Part shown: in pieces, positions 51,228-61,126 of the stretch
How positions within the stretch are numbered: position 1 is the first letter of the stretch
How the letters are laid out: each line of letters opens with the position of its first letter
NCBI GenBank assembly: GCA_050290185.1
Contig: JBNKHE010000006.1
Coordinates: forward strand, 64,001 to 128,000
Length of the DNA: 64,000 nucleotides
Origin: Pontiella sp.
GTDB taxonomy: Bacteria > Verrucomicrobiota > Kiritimatiellia > Kiritimatiellales > Pontiellaceae
Direction: 5' to 3'
The notes under the pieces: generated by a model
The model's database searches: none
The model's input: the letters and a program-made list of their open reading frames with translations, nothing else
Told to the model about the DNA's origin: nothing
Made by a program: the position numbers and the translations under genes

Positions 51228-54200
51228 GATCCGACCAGGCCTTTCCCGGTGACGATGCACAGAAACGACGGCAACGGGCCGAAGCGGCGATCCCGAAGCG
51301 GGACTTCCCGGATGTATCCTCGCTCCCGAAACAGAAGATCCATAAGCTTTTCCATGAACTGCAAGTGCATCAAATCGAGTTGGAGATGCAGAACCAGGAA
51401 CTGAGACGGAGTCGGCAGGAACTCGATGCCGCCAAAACCCGCTATTTTGATCTGTACGATCTAGCACCCGTTGGATACCTGACCCTGAATCAGGAGGGGC
51501 TGATTCTGGAAGCCAACCTTGCAGGGGCGAACCTGCTGGGACTGACCCGTTCGGCGCTCACCGGAAAATCGATTACTCAATTCATCCAGGACGAGGATCA
51601 GGATATCTTTTATTTGCACCACAACCAGCTCTTCGAAACCCGGGATCCCCAAACCTGTGAATTGCACATGAGGATTGAGGGAGGGGCTCCAATGTGGATC
51701 CGACTGAAAGCCAACGCGGTTTTTGATGAAGACGGTTCCCCAAAATGCTTCGCAGTCATGATCGACATCAATGATCGCAAACAACTGAATCAATCTCTCC
51801 AGACCCATGCGAAAGACCTCGAAAAAACCAACCTCGAACTGAACCAGGCCCGGAAGGCGGCCCTAAACATTATGGAGGACGCCGTCCTGGCCAAACAAGG
51901 ACTGGAGTTGACGCAGTTTGCGCTGGATCATGCCGATACCATCTTATTCAGGCTCGGCAAGGATGCCTCAATCAAATATGCCAACCCTGCGGCCTGCCAA
52001 AAACTGGGATATACGAACGACGAACTGGTGAACCTGTCGATTCCCGATCTCGACCCGGGTATGACTCAAGAACGCTGGAATGCCCATTGGAACGAGATGA
52101 GGAAGAAAAAGGCGCTTTACTTTGAAGGGCATCACCGAAGCAAGCATGGAGAAACCTTTCCGGTTGAGGTCCATGCCAGCTTTATCCAGCAGGATGGTGA
52201 CGAATATATTTTTGCCTTCATCAACGACATTACCGAACGCAAGCGGGCCGAGGAACAGATTGCCGATATGGCCCGCTTCCCGGCGGAAAATTCCAACCCC
52301 GTGCTGCGGATTTCAAAAGACGGAACGCTTCTGTACCGCAACGCCGCCTCCGCTTGTCTCGAGGGTTCTCTTGCGGGTGCGAAGGAAGGCGATCCGTTGC
52401 CCGAAACATGGTACCGACACGTCCGGGAAATCTTTTCCAACGGAAAACCTCACGAAATAGAAATGGGAAATGAATGCAGTTTTTTTTCCGTCACACTGGT
52501 GCCGTTCCCTGAACGCGGATACGTGAACATCTATGCAAAAGACATTACAGAGCTGAAACGGCAGACCAAGGCGCTGCGGACAAACGAAGAAAAGATGCGC
52601 ACCACGCTTACTTCCATTGGCGATGCAGTAATTTCGACGGATGCCGGAGGCCGGATCGAACTGATGAACCCATTTGCGGAAACGCTCACCGGATGGAAAC
52701 AGGCCGACGCCGCTGGAAAACCGTTGCGCGAAGTGTTCCCCATCTTCAATGAAATAACGCGCGAACCGGTTCCCAGCCCTGTCGACCTCGTATTGAGAAC
52801 CGGCAGGAAGGTCGAGCTCGCCAATCACACCATGCTGCGTTCCAGAGAGGGCCATGAAATCCCGATTGCCGACAGCGGAGCCCCGATCCACGATACCGAT
52901 GGCCGGATATCCGGCGTCGTGGTGGTGTTCCGCGATCAGACCAAAGAGCGGACCGCACGAAACGAGCTGGCGGCGAACGCCTCCCGGTTACGGCGGGCGC
53001 AGCAGGTGGCTCAGGTGGGGGACTGGGAGTTCGATCTGATCCGGAACACCGTCTCCGCGTCCGACGAGGCAAAACGGATCTATGGACTTGAGGAGGAGCA
53101 GTGGAGCATTGCCGGGGTTCAGAAAATTCCATTACGTCAATACCGGGGAATGCTTAATAGGGCGCTGAAGAAACTTGTACATGACGGGAAACCCTACGAC
53201 GTCGAGTTCACCATCAAACGCCCGTCGGATGGTGCGTTGCTCGATATCCATTCCGTCGCGGAATACGACCCTGGGAATCAGGTGGTCTTCGGCGTGATTC
53301 AGGATATTACATCCCGCAAACAGGCGGAGCGCGCTCTGCATGAACTTAACGACATCCAGAGCTTGATTCTGAACAATAGTACACTGGGCATTGCGCTGAT
53401 TCTTCAGCGGAAGTTCGAATGGGTTAATCCGCGCATGTGCGAGATGATCGGCATGTCCGAAGAGCAGCTTCGAGGTGGCTCAACGCGCTTGTTCTATCCC
53501 AACGAGCAGCAATTCAGCCGAATCGGAAAAAAAATCTACACCACACTCGGAGAAGGCCGCCGCTTCGATGACAAGGTTCAGTTCCAGCGTCAGGATGGAA
53601 CGCTCTTCTGGTGCAGGCTGATCGGCACAGCCATTGATCCCAACAAACCCAAAGATGGATCGCTCTGGATGCTTGAGGACATCACCGAACAGGAAGAACA
53701 CCAAATGCAACTGCTGCTTCTTTCAACAGCGATCGAGCATTCGCCCGAAACCATTATGATTACCAATCCGGACGGAAATATCCAATATGTGAATCCGGCC
53801 TTCGAAGCCACAACCGGCTACACGGCAGAAGAGGTCCTTGGCCAGAATCCGCGCCTACTAAAAAGCGAACAGCATCCGCTCTCTTTCTATTCGGACATGT
53901 GGAAAACCATTGTATCCGGCAACACCTGGGAAGGGCGCGTGTGCAATAAACGCAAGGATGGAACGTTCTTCACCGAAGAAACCACTATCACGCCGGTACT
54001 GGATGAAGACGAACAGATCGTCAACTATGTCGCCATCCAACGGGACATCACCCAGGAGCTGGTGAAAGAAGAAGAGCTTCAGCAGGCGCACAAAATGGAG
54101 GCCGTCGGGCAGTTGGCCGGCGGGGTGGCGCACGATTTCAACAACATCCTGCAGGGCATCCTCGGGTTCAGCGAGCTGTTGCGGTTCGAGTTGAATCAAA

Positions 54201-55210
54201 CATCCCAGGCCTACGACAATGCCAACGAAATCCACAAGGCGGCAAAGCGGGCAACGAAACTGACACAACAGTTGCTCGCCTTCAGCCGCAAGCAGCCCGT
54301 TCAACTATCGGAAATGGACCTGAATAATGTGGTCAACGATTCAGAAGCCTTGCTGCATATGCTGCTCGGAGGGAAACATGAGCTGGTGCTGGATCTATCG
54401 GACGCATTGCCCCCCGCATATGCCGACCACAGCCAGATGACGCAGATTATCATGAATCTGGCCGTGAATGCGCGAGATGCCATGCCGAACGGCGGCCGAC
54501 TGAGCATTTCAACCGAATGTGTCCTGATTGATGCCGCCGATGCCGCATATATTCCCGGAGCGCGGAAGGGCCGCTTTCTGTGCCTTTCCGTAACCGATAC
54601 CGGTTGCGGCATGCCTGCCGAAATAAAAAATCGCATTTTCGACCCGTTTTTCACTACAAAGGAGATCGGGAGCGGAACGGGTCTGGGACTTGCCGTAATC
54701 TATGGGATTGTCGAACAAAATAATGGCTGGATCAACGTCTACAGCGAAATCGACAAAGGCAGCTGCTTCAAAATCTATCTGCCGGCTGTAAATACGGATG
54801 AACTTCATGGCGAGAGCGACCAGTCAGACCGGCAGGATATCCGGAATACCCGTATCCTTGTGGTTGAGGACGACCCGGAAATTCGGAGCATGGTGCAGGA
54901 GGTTCTCGGGAGCGCCGCTTACGGCGTCGTGGTGGCGTCCAATGCCGAAGAAGGTCTGGCACTGTTCGATCAGGAGGAGGGCGGATTTGACCTGCTGATG
55001 AGCGACATGGAGCTTCCCGGAATGCGGGGCGACGAGCTCGCAGAAATACTTCGAGACAAAAACCCGACCCTTCCCGTCCTGCTCTTCAGCGGATACCGCG
55101 ATCAGACAAATCGCTGGAAACATATTATTAAAAAGGAATATCTATTTTTGAACAAACCATTTACGGTTCAGGTCTTGCTGGATGCGGTTGAAAACTTATT
55201 GAAAGACTGA
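51224..55210 (+). CDS. Soluble multi-PAS hybrid sensor histidine kinase (HisKA-HATPase-REC)
   Basis: HELQVHQIELEMQN start; about seven PAS domains; GQLAGGVAHDFNN, NLAVNARDAM, DTGCG, FDPFFTTK, GTGLGL; C-terminal receiver. Confidence 0.95.
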   Translation: MRSDQAFPGDDAQKRRQRAEAAIPKRDFPDVSSLPKQKIHKLFHELQVHQIELEMQNQELRRSRQELDAAKTRYFDLYDLAPVGYLTLNQEGLILEANLAGANLLGLTRSALTGKSITQFIQDEDQDIFYLHHNQLFETRDPQTCELHMRIEGGAPMWIRLKANAVFDEDGSPKCFAVMIDINDRKQLNQSLQTHAKDLEKTNLELNQARKAALNIMEDAVLAKQGLELTQFALDHADTILFRLGKDASIKYANPAACQKLGYTNDELVNLSIPDLDPGMTQERWNAHWNEMRKKKALYFEGHHRSKHGETFPVEVHASFIQQDGDEYIFAFINDITERKRAEEQIADMARFPAENSNPVLRISKDGTLLYRNAASACLEGSLAGAKEGDPLPETWYRHVREIFSNGKPHEIEMGNECSFFSVTLVPFPERGYVNIYAKDITELKRQTKALRTNEEKMRTTLTSIGDAVISTDAGGRIELMNPFAETLTGWKQADAAGKPLREVFPIFNEITREPVPSPVDLVLRTGRKVELANHTMLRSREGHEIPIADSGAPIHDTDGRISGVVVVFRDQTKERTARNELAANASRLRRAQQVAQVGDWEFDLIRNTVSASDEAKRIYGLEEEQWSIAGVQKIPLRQYRGMLNRALKKLVHDGKPYDVEFTIKRPSDGALLDIHSVAEYDPGNQVVFGVIQDITSRKQAERALHELNDIQSLILNNSTLGIALILQRKFEWVNPRMCEMIGMSEEQLRGGSTRLFYPNEQQFSRIGKKIYTTLGEGRRFDDKVQFQRQDGTLFWCRLIGTAIDPNKPKDGSLWMLEDITEQEEHQMQLLLLSTAIEHSPETIMITNPDGNIQYVNPAFEATTGYTAEEVLGQNPRLLKSEQHPLSFYSDMWKTIVSGNTWEGRVCNKRKDGTFFTEETTITPVLDEDEQIVNYVAIQRDITQELVKEEELQQAHKMEAVGQLAGGVAHDFNNILQGILGFSELLRFELNQTSQAYDNANEIHKAAKRATKLTQQLLAFSRKQPVQLSEMDLNNVVNDSEALLHMLLGGKHELVLDLSDALPPAYADHSQMTQIIMNLAVNARDAMPNGGRLSISTECVLIDAADAAYIPGARKGRFLCLSVTDTGCGMPAEIKNRIFDPFFTTKEIGSGTGLGLAVIYGIVEQNNGWINVYSEIDKGSCFKIYLPAVNTDELHGESDQSDRQDIRNTRILVVEDDPEIRSMVQEVLGSAAYGVVVASNAEEGLALFDQEEGGFDLLMSDMELPGMRGDELAEILRDKNPTLPVLLFSGYRDQTNRWKHIIKKEYLFLNKPFTVQVLLDAVENLLKD

Positions 55211-55219
55211 GATGATTCC

Positions 55220-55630
55220 ATGGCTAAGATACTGTTGATCGATGACGATCCAACCATCCAAAAGGTATTCTCCCAATTCCTAACCAATATGGGACACGAG
55301 GTCGGGCAGGCAGAGAATGGGAAAATTGGGCTCCGCATGATGGAGGAAGGCCGCCCCGATCTGGTGATTACCGACATCATGATGCCGGAAATGGATGGAC
55401 TGGAGATCCTCTTGAAAATCCGCAGCAACCACGACGATATTCCCGTCATAGCGATTTCCGGCGGCATGCGTGCACTCCCGGTCAACTTCCTGCATCAGGC
55501 TAAGCTTTTCGGGGCAAAATACGTTTTTGAAAAACCGGTGCCGCTCGATGTGCTGAATAACGCCGTGAAGGAATTGATTGAGGACAATGACGCCTCCGTA
55601 AACTCGGGAAAGGTTGAGAGAGATTCATGA
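55220..55630 (+). CDS. Single-domain response regulator
   Basis: ILLIDDD, DLVITDIMMPEMDG, IAISG, EKP. Confidence 0.93.
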   Translation: MAKILLIDDDPTIQKVFSQFLTNMGHEVGQAENGKIGLRMMEEGRPDLVITDIMMPEMDGLEILLKIRSNHDDIPVIAISGGMRALPVNFLHQAKLFGAKYVFEKPVPLDVLNNAVKELIEDNDASVNSGKVERDS

Positions 55631-55882
55631 GTCCCATTGATTCAATGATTTAAGCACAGGATGGCATATTGCAGGGTCTCTCGCTATGCGAAACAATCGC
55701 TCAGCGATCTCTATAGCCTATATGAGGAGTGCATACCGGAGATGGCGGACCTCCGGCACAAAATTTCCGCCGAAGAACAAAACCACACTGTCATGCTCAA
55801 CCGGGTCCGATCCGATCTGACCACTGGCGAGGTGATTTCGCCGGATAAAGCTCACGTCACCATCCGCAACTGCTTTGCGTGA
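55627..55882 (+). pseudogene. Degraded ferritin/rubrerythrin-like gene
   Basis: ATGA-coupled start; in-frame TAA at 55651; +1 frameshift near 55691; reconstructed CE.SLSDLY.LY....PE.......SAEEQNH (E...ExxH). Confidence 0.55.
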
Positions 55883-55891
55883 AATACGTCC

Positions 55892-56116
55892 CTATTCCGC
55901 GTCGAAGTCTGTACACAGATAAAGCGCCTCTACCTGATCGCGCGCCCACTGCGTCTTGCGAAGAAACTTTAAGCTGGATTTGATACTCGGCTCCCAATTG
56001 AAGCAACGGATATCGATCTGCCGCCCCAGCTCATCCCAGCCATAATGGTCGACAAGCCGAGTCAGCAGCTTTTCCAGCGTAATTCCGTGCAATGGATTGT
56101 TGGGTTGGTTGTTCAT
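55892..56116 (-). CDS. DUF2132 / VF530-like small DNA-binding protein
   Basis: [25 protein letters not shown]...[20 protein letters not shown]. Confidence 0.92.
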   Translation of the reverse strand: MNNQPNNPLHGITLEKLLTRLVDHYGWDELGRQIDIRCFNWEPSIKSSLKFLRKTQWARDQVEALYLCTDFDAE

Positions 56117-56306
56117 GCTCTCCACCTGTTCCTTCGGATGGGAAAACTATCCGCGATCCATACCGCACAGTCAACCGGCAACGAGGTTCTTCCCGACCAA
56201 CTCATACAATTTTACTGTTTCCAATGCGAAACGATCCGATAGGTTTACAACCAGTCAGGCAGTGGCGCCCATCAGCGCGCGAATACTAAAATCCACGAGG
56301 TACTGC

Positions 56307-57227
56307 ATGGAAACCATCAAGAGCATCCTGGAAGAAATCGACTGGAAATCCCTCATCACGCATGGATTGAAAATAGTTCTGATCCTTGTCCTTTCATGGA
56401 TTGCCATGAAGATTCTTAAACGGTTGCTGGTCCAACTGGAAAAACGGCTGCTGACAGAGAGCCTAAAGGAAGGCGAGCCTCCGTCTGAATCGCGGAAGCG
56501 TATCGAAACACTGGTTCGCCTGTTGAAGAAGGCCGCCCAGCTGGCACTATGGATCGTCGTCCTGCTGATCCTGCTCACAGAACTGGGCGTCAAGGTGGGG
56601 CCGATTATTGCGGGGGCTGGTATTCTGGGCCTCGCCATCGGCTTTGGCGCGCAGAATCTGGTCCGGGATATCATCTCTGGATTCTTCATTATTCTCGAAA
56701 ACCAGATCCGGGTGAATGACGTTGCCATCATTAACGGTACCGGAGGGCTGGTGGAACGGATCAATTTCCGCACGACCGTCCTGCGCGATCTCGCAGGCCT
56801 GGTACACATCTTCCCCAACGGCGGAATCACGACCCTGAGCAACCTGACCAAGGAGTGGTCGGCCTATGTCTTCGACATCGGCGTGGCATACAAGGAAAAC
56901 ACCGATCGCGTCATTGAGGTGATGAAGGAGGTCGGCAAGGAGATGCGCGAGGATCCGGAAATCGGCCCGCTCATGCTTGAAGACATCGATATCTTCGGCG
57001 TGGACAAGTTTGCCGATTCCGCCGTCGTCATCAAGGGGCGCATCAAAACGAAACCGATCCGGCAGTGGCAGGTGGGCCGCGAATTTCTGCGCCGGGTCAA
57101 GTTTGCCTTCGACGAACATGGCATCGAAATCCCTTTCCCGCACCGCAGCATCTACTATGGCGAAAAGAGCAAGCCGATCGATCTGCAGATCTACGAGCGG
57201 TTCCAGGCCGCCGAACAGAAGGACTGA
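56307..57227 (+). CDS. Small-conductance mechanosensitive channel (MscS family)
   Basis: AGAGILGLAIGFGAQNLVRDIISGFFI, G.VE.I..RTT, PNG, GIEIPFP. Confidence 0.93.
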   Translation: METIKSILEEIDWKSLITHGLKIVLILVLSWIAMKILKRLLVQLEKRLLTESLKEGEPPSESRKRIETLVRLLKKAAQLALWIVVLLILLTELGVKVGPIIAGAGILGLAIGFGAQNLVRDIISGFFIILENQIRVNDVAIINGTGGLVERINFRTTVLRDLAGLVHIFPNGGITTLSNLTKEWSAYVFDIGVAYKENTDRVIEVMKEVGKEMREDPEIGPLMLEDIDIFGVDKFADSAVVIKGRIKTKPIRQWQVGREFLRRVKFAFDEHGIEIPFPHRSIYYGEKSKPIDLQIYERFQAAEQKD

Positions 57228-57230
57228 TCC

Positions 57231-58493
57231 CTAGATCGGTTCTTCCGGCGGGGCCTGTCGCATCATGCCGGCGATGATCCAAATGACCAGCAGGCTGACA
57301 GCACCAACGGCGAGCCCCGCCAGTAGTTTGGAATACTTCCGCCAGGGCTGGACTTTCGCCATCGCATTGGGCCGCGTCTCCCCGGTACCGATGATCGGTA
57401 GCGAGTCAATCTCGTCGTCCTTGATGCGATCACGAAGATCAAAACGCGGAGCGGTGATGTCCCACCCCCGGAAATACAAGGAAGCCGTATTTTCCGCCGC
57501 CGCCTCGAAAACCAGATAGCGGGGAATGGCTTCGAGCCGCATGGTGGCGATGTCGAGCGGCTGGTCGTCGTAGTGATAGACCTGCACCTTGAGAAAGCGG
57601 TATCGCGCTTGCAGTTTCACGGTATCATTCCGATCGTCCGGCAGCGCATGGATTTCGCCGCCGCCCACCCGGCGCCACTCCTCGTTCCCGTTGTTGCGGC
57701 CGTACACGGATACACACCGGGTATAGGAACGATCATTCACATCAAAATGGATAAACTCCACGGGACGGTTCGCATGCCCGATATCGAGGACATAGGTCTG
57801 AGCTTCGTCCTTCTGTTCCCGGTTGTCGACCGGCTGTTCCGTGAACGGTACCGCTTCGCGCTCCGCATCCTTTTCGGTGAGATGCTGCAGATAGGCTCCT
57901 GCAACCTCGAAGGTTTCCCCGGCGGATTGCGCATTGGGATAAATACGTACGCGCAGGCGTGCCAGATCCGAATCGGGATAGCGGATCAACCCGTTGCGTG
58001 CATCGTGCCTCCCGGAAAACTCGATGAGGTAGCCGGAGGCCATGTGTCCCGATGGTTCGGTCCCGGCGAAGATTTCCACACGCCGCACAAACGCATGGCC
58101 GGATGTAATCAGCTCAAGCCGGTTGTGCACCGGTGTTTTGCCATCGACATCGGGAATCGCAACATCAAACTGTAGATAGGGTTCCGGGTCGGAAACCCAC
58201 GCGCTATTGAGGATATTGAGTCCAATGGATTTTTTAACGACAGTCGCCCGGGGCTCATACAGAAAAAAGGGCCACTGCACCCCTTCGGAGTCGAAAATGC
58301 GCACGTCGTTCGGAAAGTTGCGCGCCTGCCCGAAAACATCACCGTCGACCAGCACCCTGCCCTGCCGGCCGGCTTCGAACGTTCTCTCCAGCGGACGTTC
58401 CAGATCAAAGCGCGCCGGCGATGTATCCGCACCGGCGGAACGCGTCAGAGCAACCAGCGCTGCAAAACAGATCATTAAGCCCCTGGATTTCAT
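57231..58493 (-). CDS. DUF3999-like exported protein with C-terminal TM anchor
   Basis: Signal peptide; DVRIFDSEG...PF; DDQPL; APRFDL; C-terminal hydrophobic helix; ATGA-coupled to DUF2339. Confidence 0.7.
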   Translation of the reverse strand: MKSRGLMICFAALVALTRSAGADTSPARFDLERPLERTFEAGRQGRVLVDGDVFGQARNFPNDVRIFDSEGVQWPFFLYEPRATVVKKSIGLNILNSAWVSDPEPYLQFDVAIPDVDGKTPVHNRLELITSGHAFVRRVEIFAGTEPSGHMASGYLIEFSGRHDARNGLIRYPDSDLARLRVRIYPNAQSAGETFEVAGAYLQHLTEKDAEREAVPFTEQPVDNREQKDEAQTYVLDIGHANRPVEFIHFDVNDRSYTRCVSVYGRNNGNEEWRRVGGGEIHALPDDRNDTVKLQARYRFLKVQVYHYDDQPLDIATMRLEAIPRYLVFEAAAENTASLYFRGWDITAPRFDLRDRIKDDEIDSLPIIGTGETRPNAMAKVQPWRKYSKLLAGLAVGAVSLLVIWIIAGMMRQAPPEEPI

Positions 58494-60745
58494 TCTTCCT
58501 CTCCCAGCGATTGGAAATAAGCCGATGCTTTCTGGTAGGCAAATGACAAGGCCAGCAAAAGAATTCCCGTTCCGATAAACGCAGCGATACGCTCAAGCCC
58601 CTTGAGTTCCGATGAGTCGACAATCAGCACCTTAAACGTAGCAATGCCGAAAAGGATCAGTCCGAAATAGCGGTGCGCGGCAATCCGGCGTTTCATGCCG
58701 AACAAAATAAGGGCCAGTGCACAAACCGCCCAAAGGATGGTAATAGCAGAGGAAGCCCAGTCGGTTTGGCTCCGCATGATCTCCCACGTCATCATCCAGA
58801 TCGCGGAAGCCAGGGCCATGATGTTGAGCACCCGTTCCGCCGGGAAAGGCGATCCGTCGGACTTCTGCAAAATATTACACAGACGGGGCTGAAGGAATAA
58901 AATCATCGCCACCACCATGGCGAGCTGCACCCAGATAACCATATTCAGGAAAGCCAGATCCGATGTCCGGTAAAGGTTGAATCCGATCACAGAGTCAATC
59001 ATGAGCTTGGCCGGTACCAGTAAAACCAGCGCAACCCCCAGCTTGACCACCGCCGAATTTCGCGGGGCCAGCATCAACGTTGCCGTTCCCGCAATAAGCA
59101 GCCCCAGGGATGTAATCAGCCAGCTGAAAACCTCATCGGTTCCCAGCGTCCAGAAGGTATCCGAAACGAAGACCAGCACGATGCCGAGCACCCCAAAACA
59201 CCAAAGCAGATTCTGCATGGGAGCGTCCTCGTCTTCCGGGAAACGGCCGGCTAGCCACCCCTGTACACCTAGCAGGACCGCAGACACCATACCGACGGCA
59301 AACCGGGCATTGAGAAAGAGGTTCGGCGGAATGTGATAAAAGGTTATGTCGAACACCAGCGCCTTCAAAATGCCGATCATGCCCAGCAGGATGGCCCCGC
59401 CCTGCAAGGGCCGCGACTGAACCCGGGTGGCAAACCAGGCCAGGGCCGCGCCCTCGACCGCCCAGCCCAGCGAAACCCATTCCCGATCGAGCTGTACCGG
59501 AAACGCCAGCGTGGCAAAAAGCAATCCGCCGGTAAGGAAACAGAGTATTTCCGCGTTGAACTTCGATAGCACCTTGAATGCAAACCGGGCCAGCCCCACA
59601 TGAACCAGCGCCAGGATCAGGAACGCCGCTCCAACCCAGTCGTTTTTACCGGCTTCATCAAGCAGCCAGTACACCGCCCCCAGCAAGAGAAACGATGACA
59701 GCAACAACCGGACCATATCGGCGGTACGACCGCCCACCTGCTGCTCGCTCCGTAGCTTCAACAGACCGAGGGCGGCATATTGGGCAAAATAGAGCACGGC
59801 GAAGCCCAGCCCGACCCATACCTCCCGGGAGCCGATCCAATCGAGCCAGACGAGGAAGTGAATGATGGTAAAGCCAAATGCGAGATTATACAAAAGCTGC
59901 CATTTACGGCGCATGCCGAGCAGCAGCACCGGAACATTGATGACCGCAACATACACCAGAGGGAAGACCCCTTCCTTGATGTCCGCTCCGATCAGCAACG
60001 GCGTAATGAACGCGCCCAGAACGCCCAATACGCCAACGGCCTGCGAGCGATAGGCCATTGCCAGCCCGAAGACCGCCAGCGCACTGGCGAACAAACCAAA
60101 GCCGGCGGAGATCGGCCCGATCAGATGGTAAATGCCGTAGGCCGCAAAAACGGAAAAATAGAACAGCGCGCTACCCCCGCCGGTCAGCACCCGCGCAAAC
60201 AGGTGCAGCTTCGGATCCTTCCGCTCCACAAAATGTCCCACCCCCACCAGCACACCGCCACACAGCAAGCCAAGGATAATGCGCGTACCGGGACCGATCC
60301 AGTTATGCTGGATGGCATAACCCACGAGAAAGACAATCCCCATCACCAGAATGGCAATGCCCGCATAAGCAGCCGCCTTGCCTCCCATCATGAATTCAAC
60401 CCCGGAATCCGCCTTTTTAGAAACAGGCTTTGTCGTGCGGGATTCAGGAGTGGGTTGGGGTTTTGGGGTCAGCGGAACCCGCTGAACAGACGTTCCCGGA
60501 GCAGCGGGCTTGTGCCCGGAAACCGGCGGACTTGGCTTATTGACCTTTTCCGGCGCAGGTTGCAGCCTGGGTTCCCTTGGCGTATCGAATTTCTGCTGGC
60601 TGAGCAGAGACTGTATTTGGCCCCGCAGCTTTCGAATCTCTTCCCGCGTCCCCGCAACCTTTACGATCGCCACAATCGACAACGTGATCGGAGCGAATAC
60701 GACCAGCAACACGATCAGAACAATAAACCCTTCCATAACATGCAC
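58490..60745 (-). CDS. DUF2339 domain integral membrane protein
   Basis: E..MGG......G...LV.G..FLV.YAI...WIGP..R; many TM helices; KVLIVD..EL....RI.AF.G.G.LLL..S..YQK. Start is 60745 or 60736. Confidence 0.88.
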   Translation of the reverse strand: MHVMEGFIVLIVLLVVFAPITLSIVAIVKVAGTREEIRKLRGQIQSLLSQQKFDTPREPRLQPAPEKVNKPSPPVSGHKPAAPGTSVQRVPLTPKPQPTPESRTTKPVSKKADSGVEFMMGGKAAAYAGIAILVMGIVFLVGYAIQHNWIGPGTRIILGLLCGGVLVGVGHFVERKDPKLHLFARVLTGGGSALFYFSVFAAYGIYHLIGPISAGFGLFASALAVFGLAMAYRSQAVGVLGVLGAFITPLLIGADIKEGVFPLVYVAVINVPVLLLGMRRKWQLLYNLAFGFTIIHFLVWLDWIGSREVWVGLGFAVLYFAQYAALGLLKLRSEQQVGGRTADMVRLLLSSFLLLGAVYWLLDEAGKNDWVGAAFLILALVHVGLARFAFKVLSKFNAEILCFLTGGLLFATLAFPVQLDREWVSLGWAVEGAALAWFATRVQSRPLQGGAILLGMIGILKALVFDITFYHIPPNLFLNARFAVGMVSAVLLGVQGWLAGRFPEDEDAPMQNLLWCFGVLGIVLVFVSDTFWTLGTDEVFSWLITSLGLLIAGTATLMLAPRNSAVVKLGVALVLLVPAKLMIDSVIGFNLYRTSDLAFLNMVIWVQLAMVVAMILFLQPRLCNILQKSDGSPFPAERVLNIMALASAIWMMTWEIMRSQTDWASSAITILWAVCALALILFGMKRRIAAHRYFGLILFGIATFKVLIVDSSELKGLERIAAFIGTGILLLALSFAYQKASAYFQSLGEEE

Positions 60746-60916
60746 CCCTTTGCAGGTATTCAGTATCCGTCAATGCCCACCCCGAGTCAACGAGGCAACC
60801 AGCTGACTGCCACCTCTGGACAACCAGTCTAACAGAACCGACGATTCCAATCGTATGGGTCGCCCGCGCTGTTCATATCAGGGAGTCCTTTTGCACGAGC
60901 TATGCCATTCCCTCAA

Positions 60917-60929
60917 CCCCCCCCCCCCC
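60917..60929. repeat. C13 homopolymer tract
   Basis: 13 consecutive C in the divergent DUF2339/djlA intergenic region. Confidence 0.9.
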
Positions 60930-61126
60930 TATCCCATTACAACAATGGAACTTACAAATTTAACCACAAATATCCAGCTCATCCAAACCTGCATCGGATG
61001 TATTGGCAGGAAACATAAAATGACCATGAACTACGGCAAAGGGCACGATGTTTTTCTATTTTCAACGCCGACTGATCCGGTAGGGTCGGCGTTTTCATAA
61101 ATCGGTTTTTTGCAAAGAGGTTTTAG

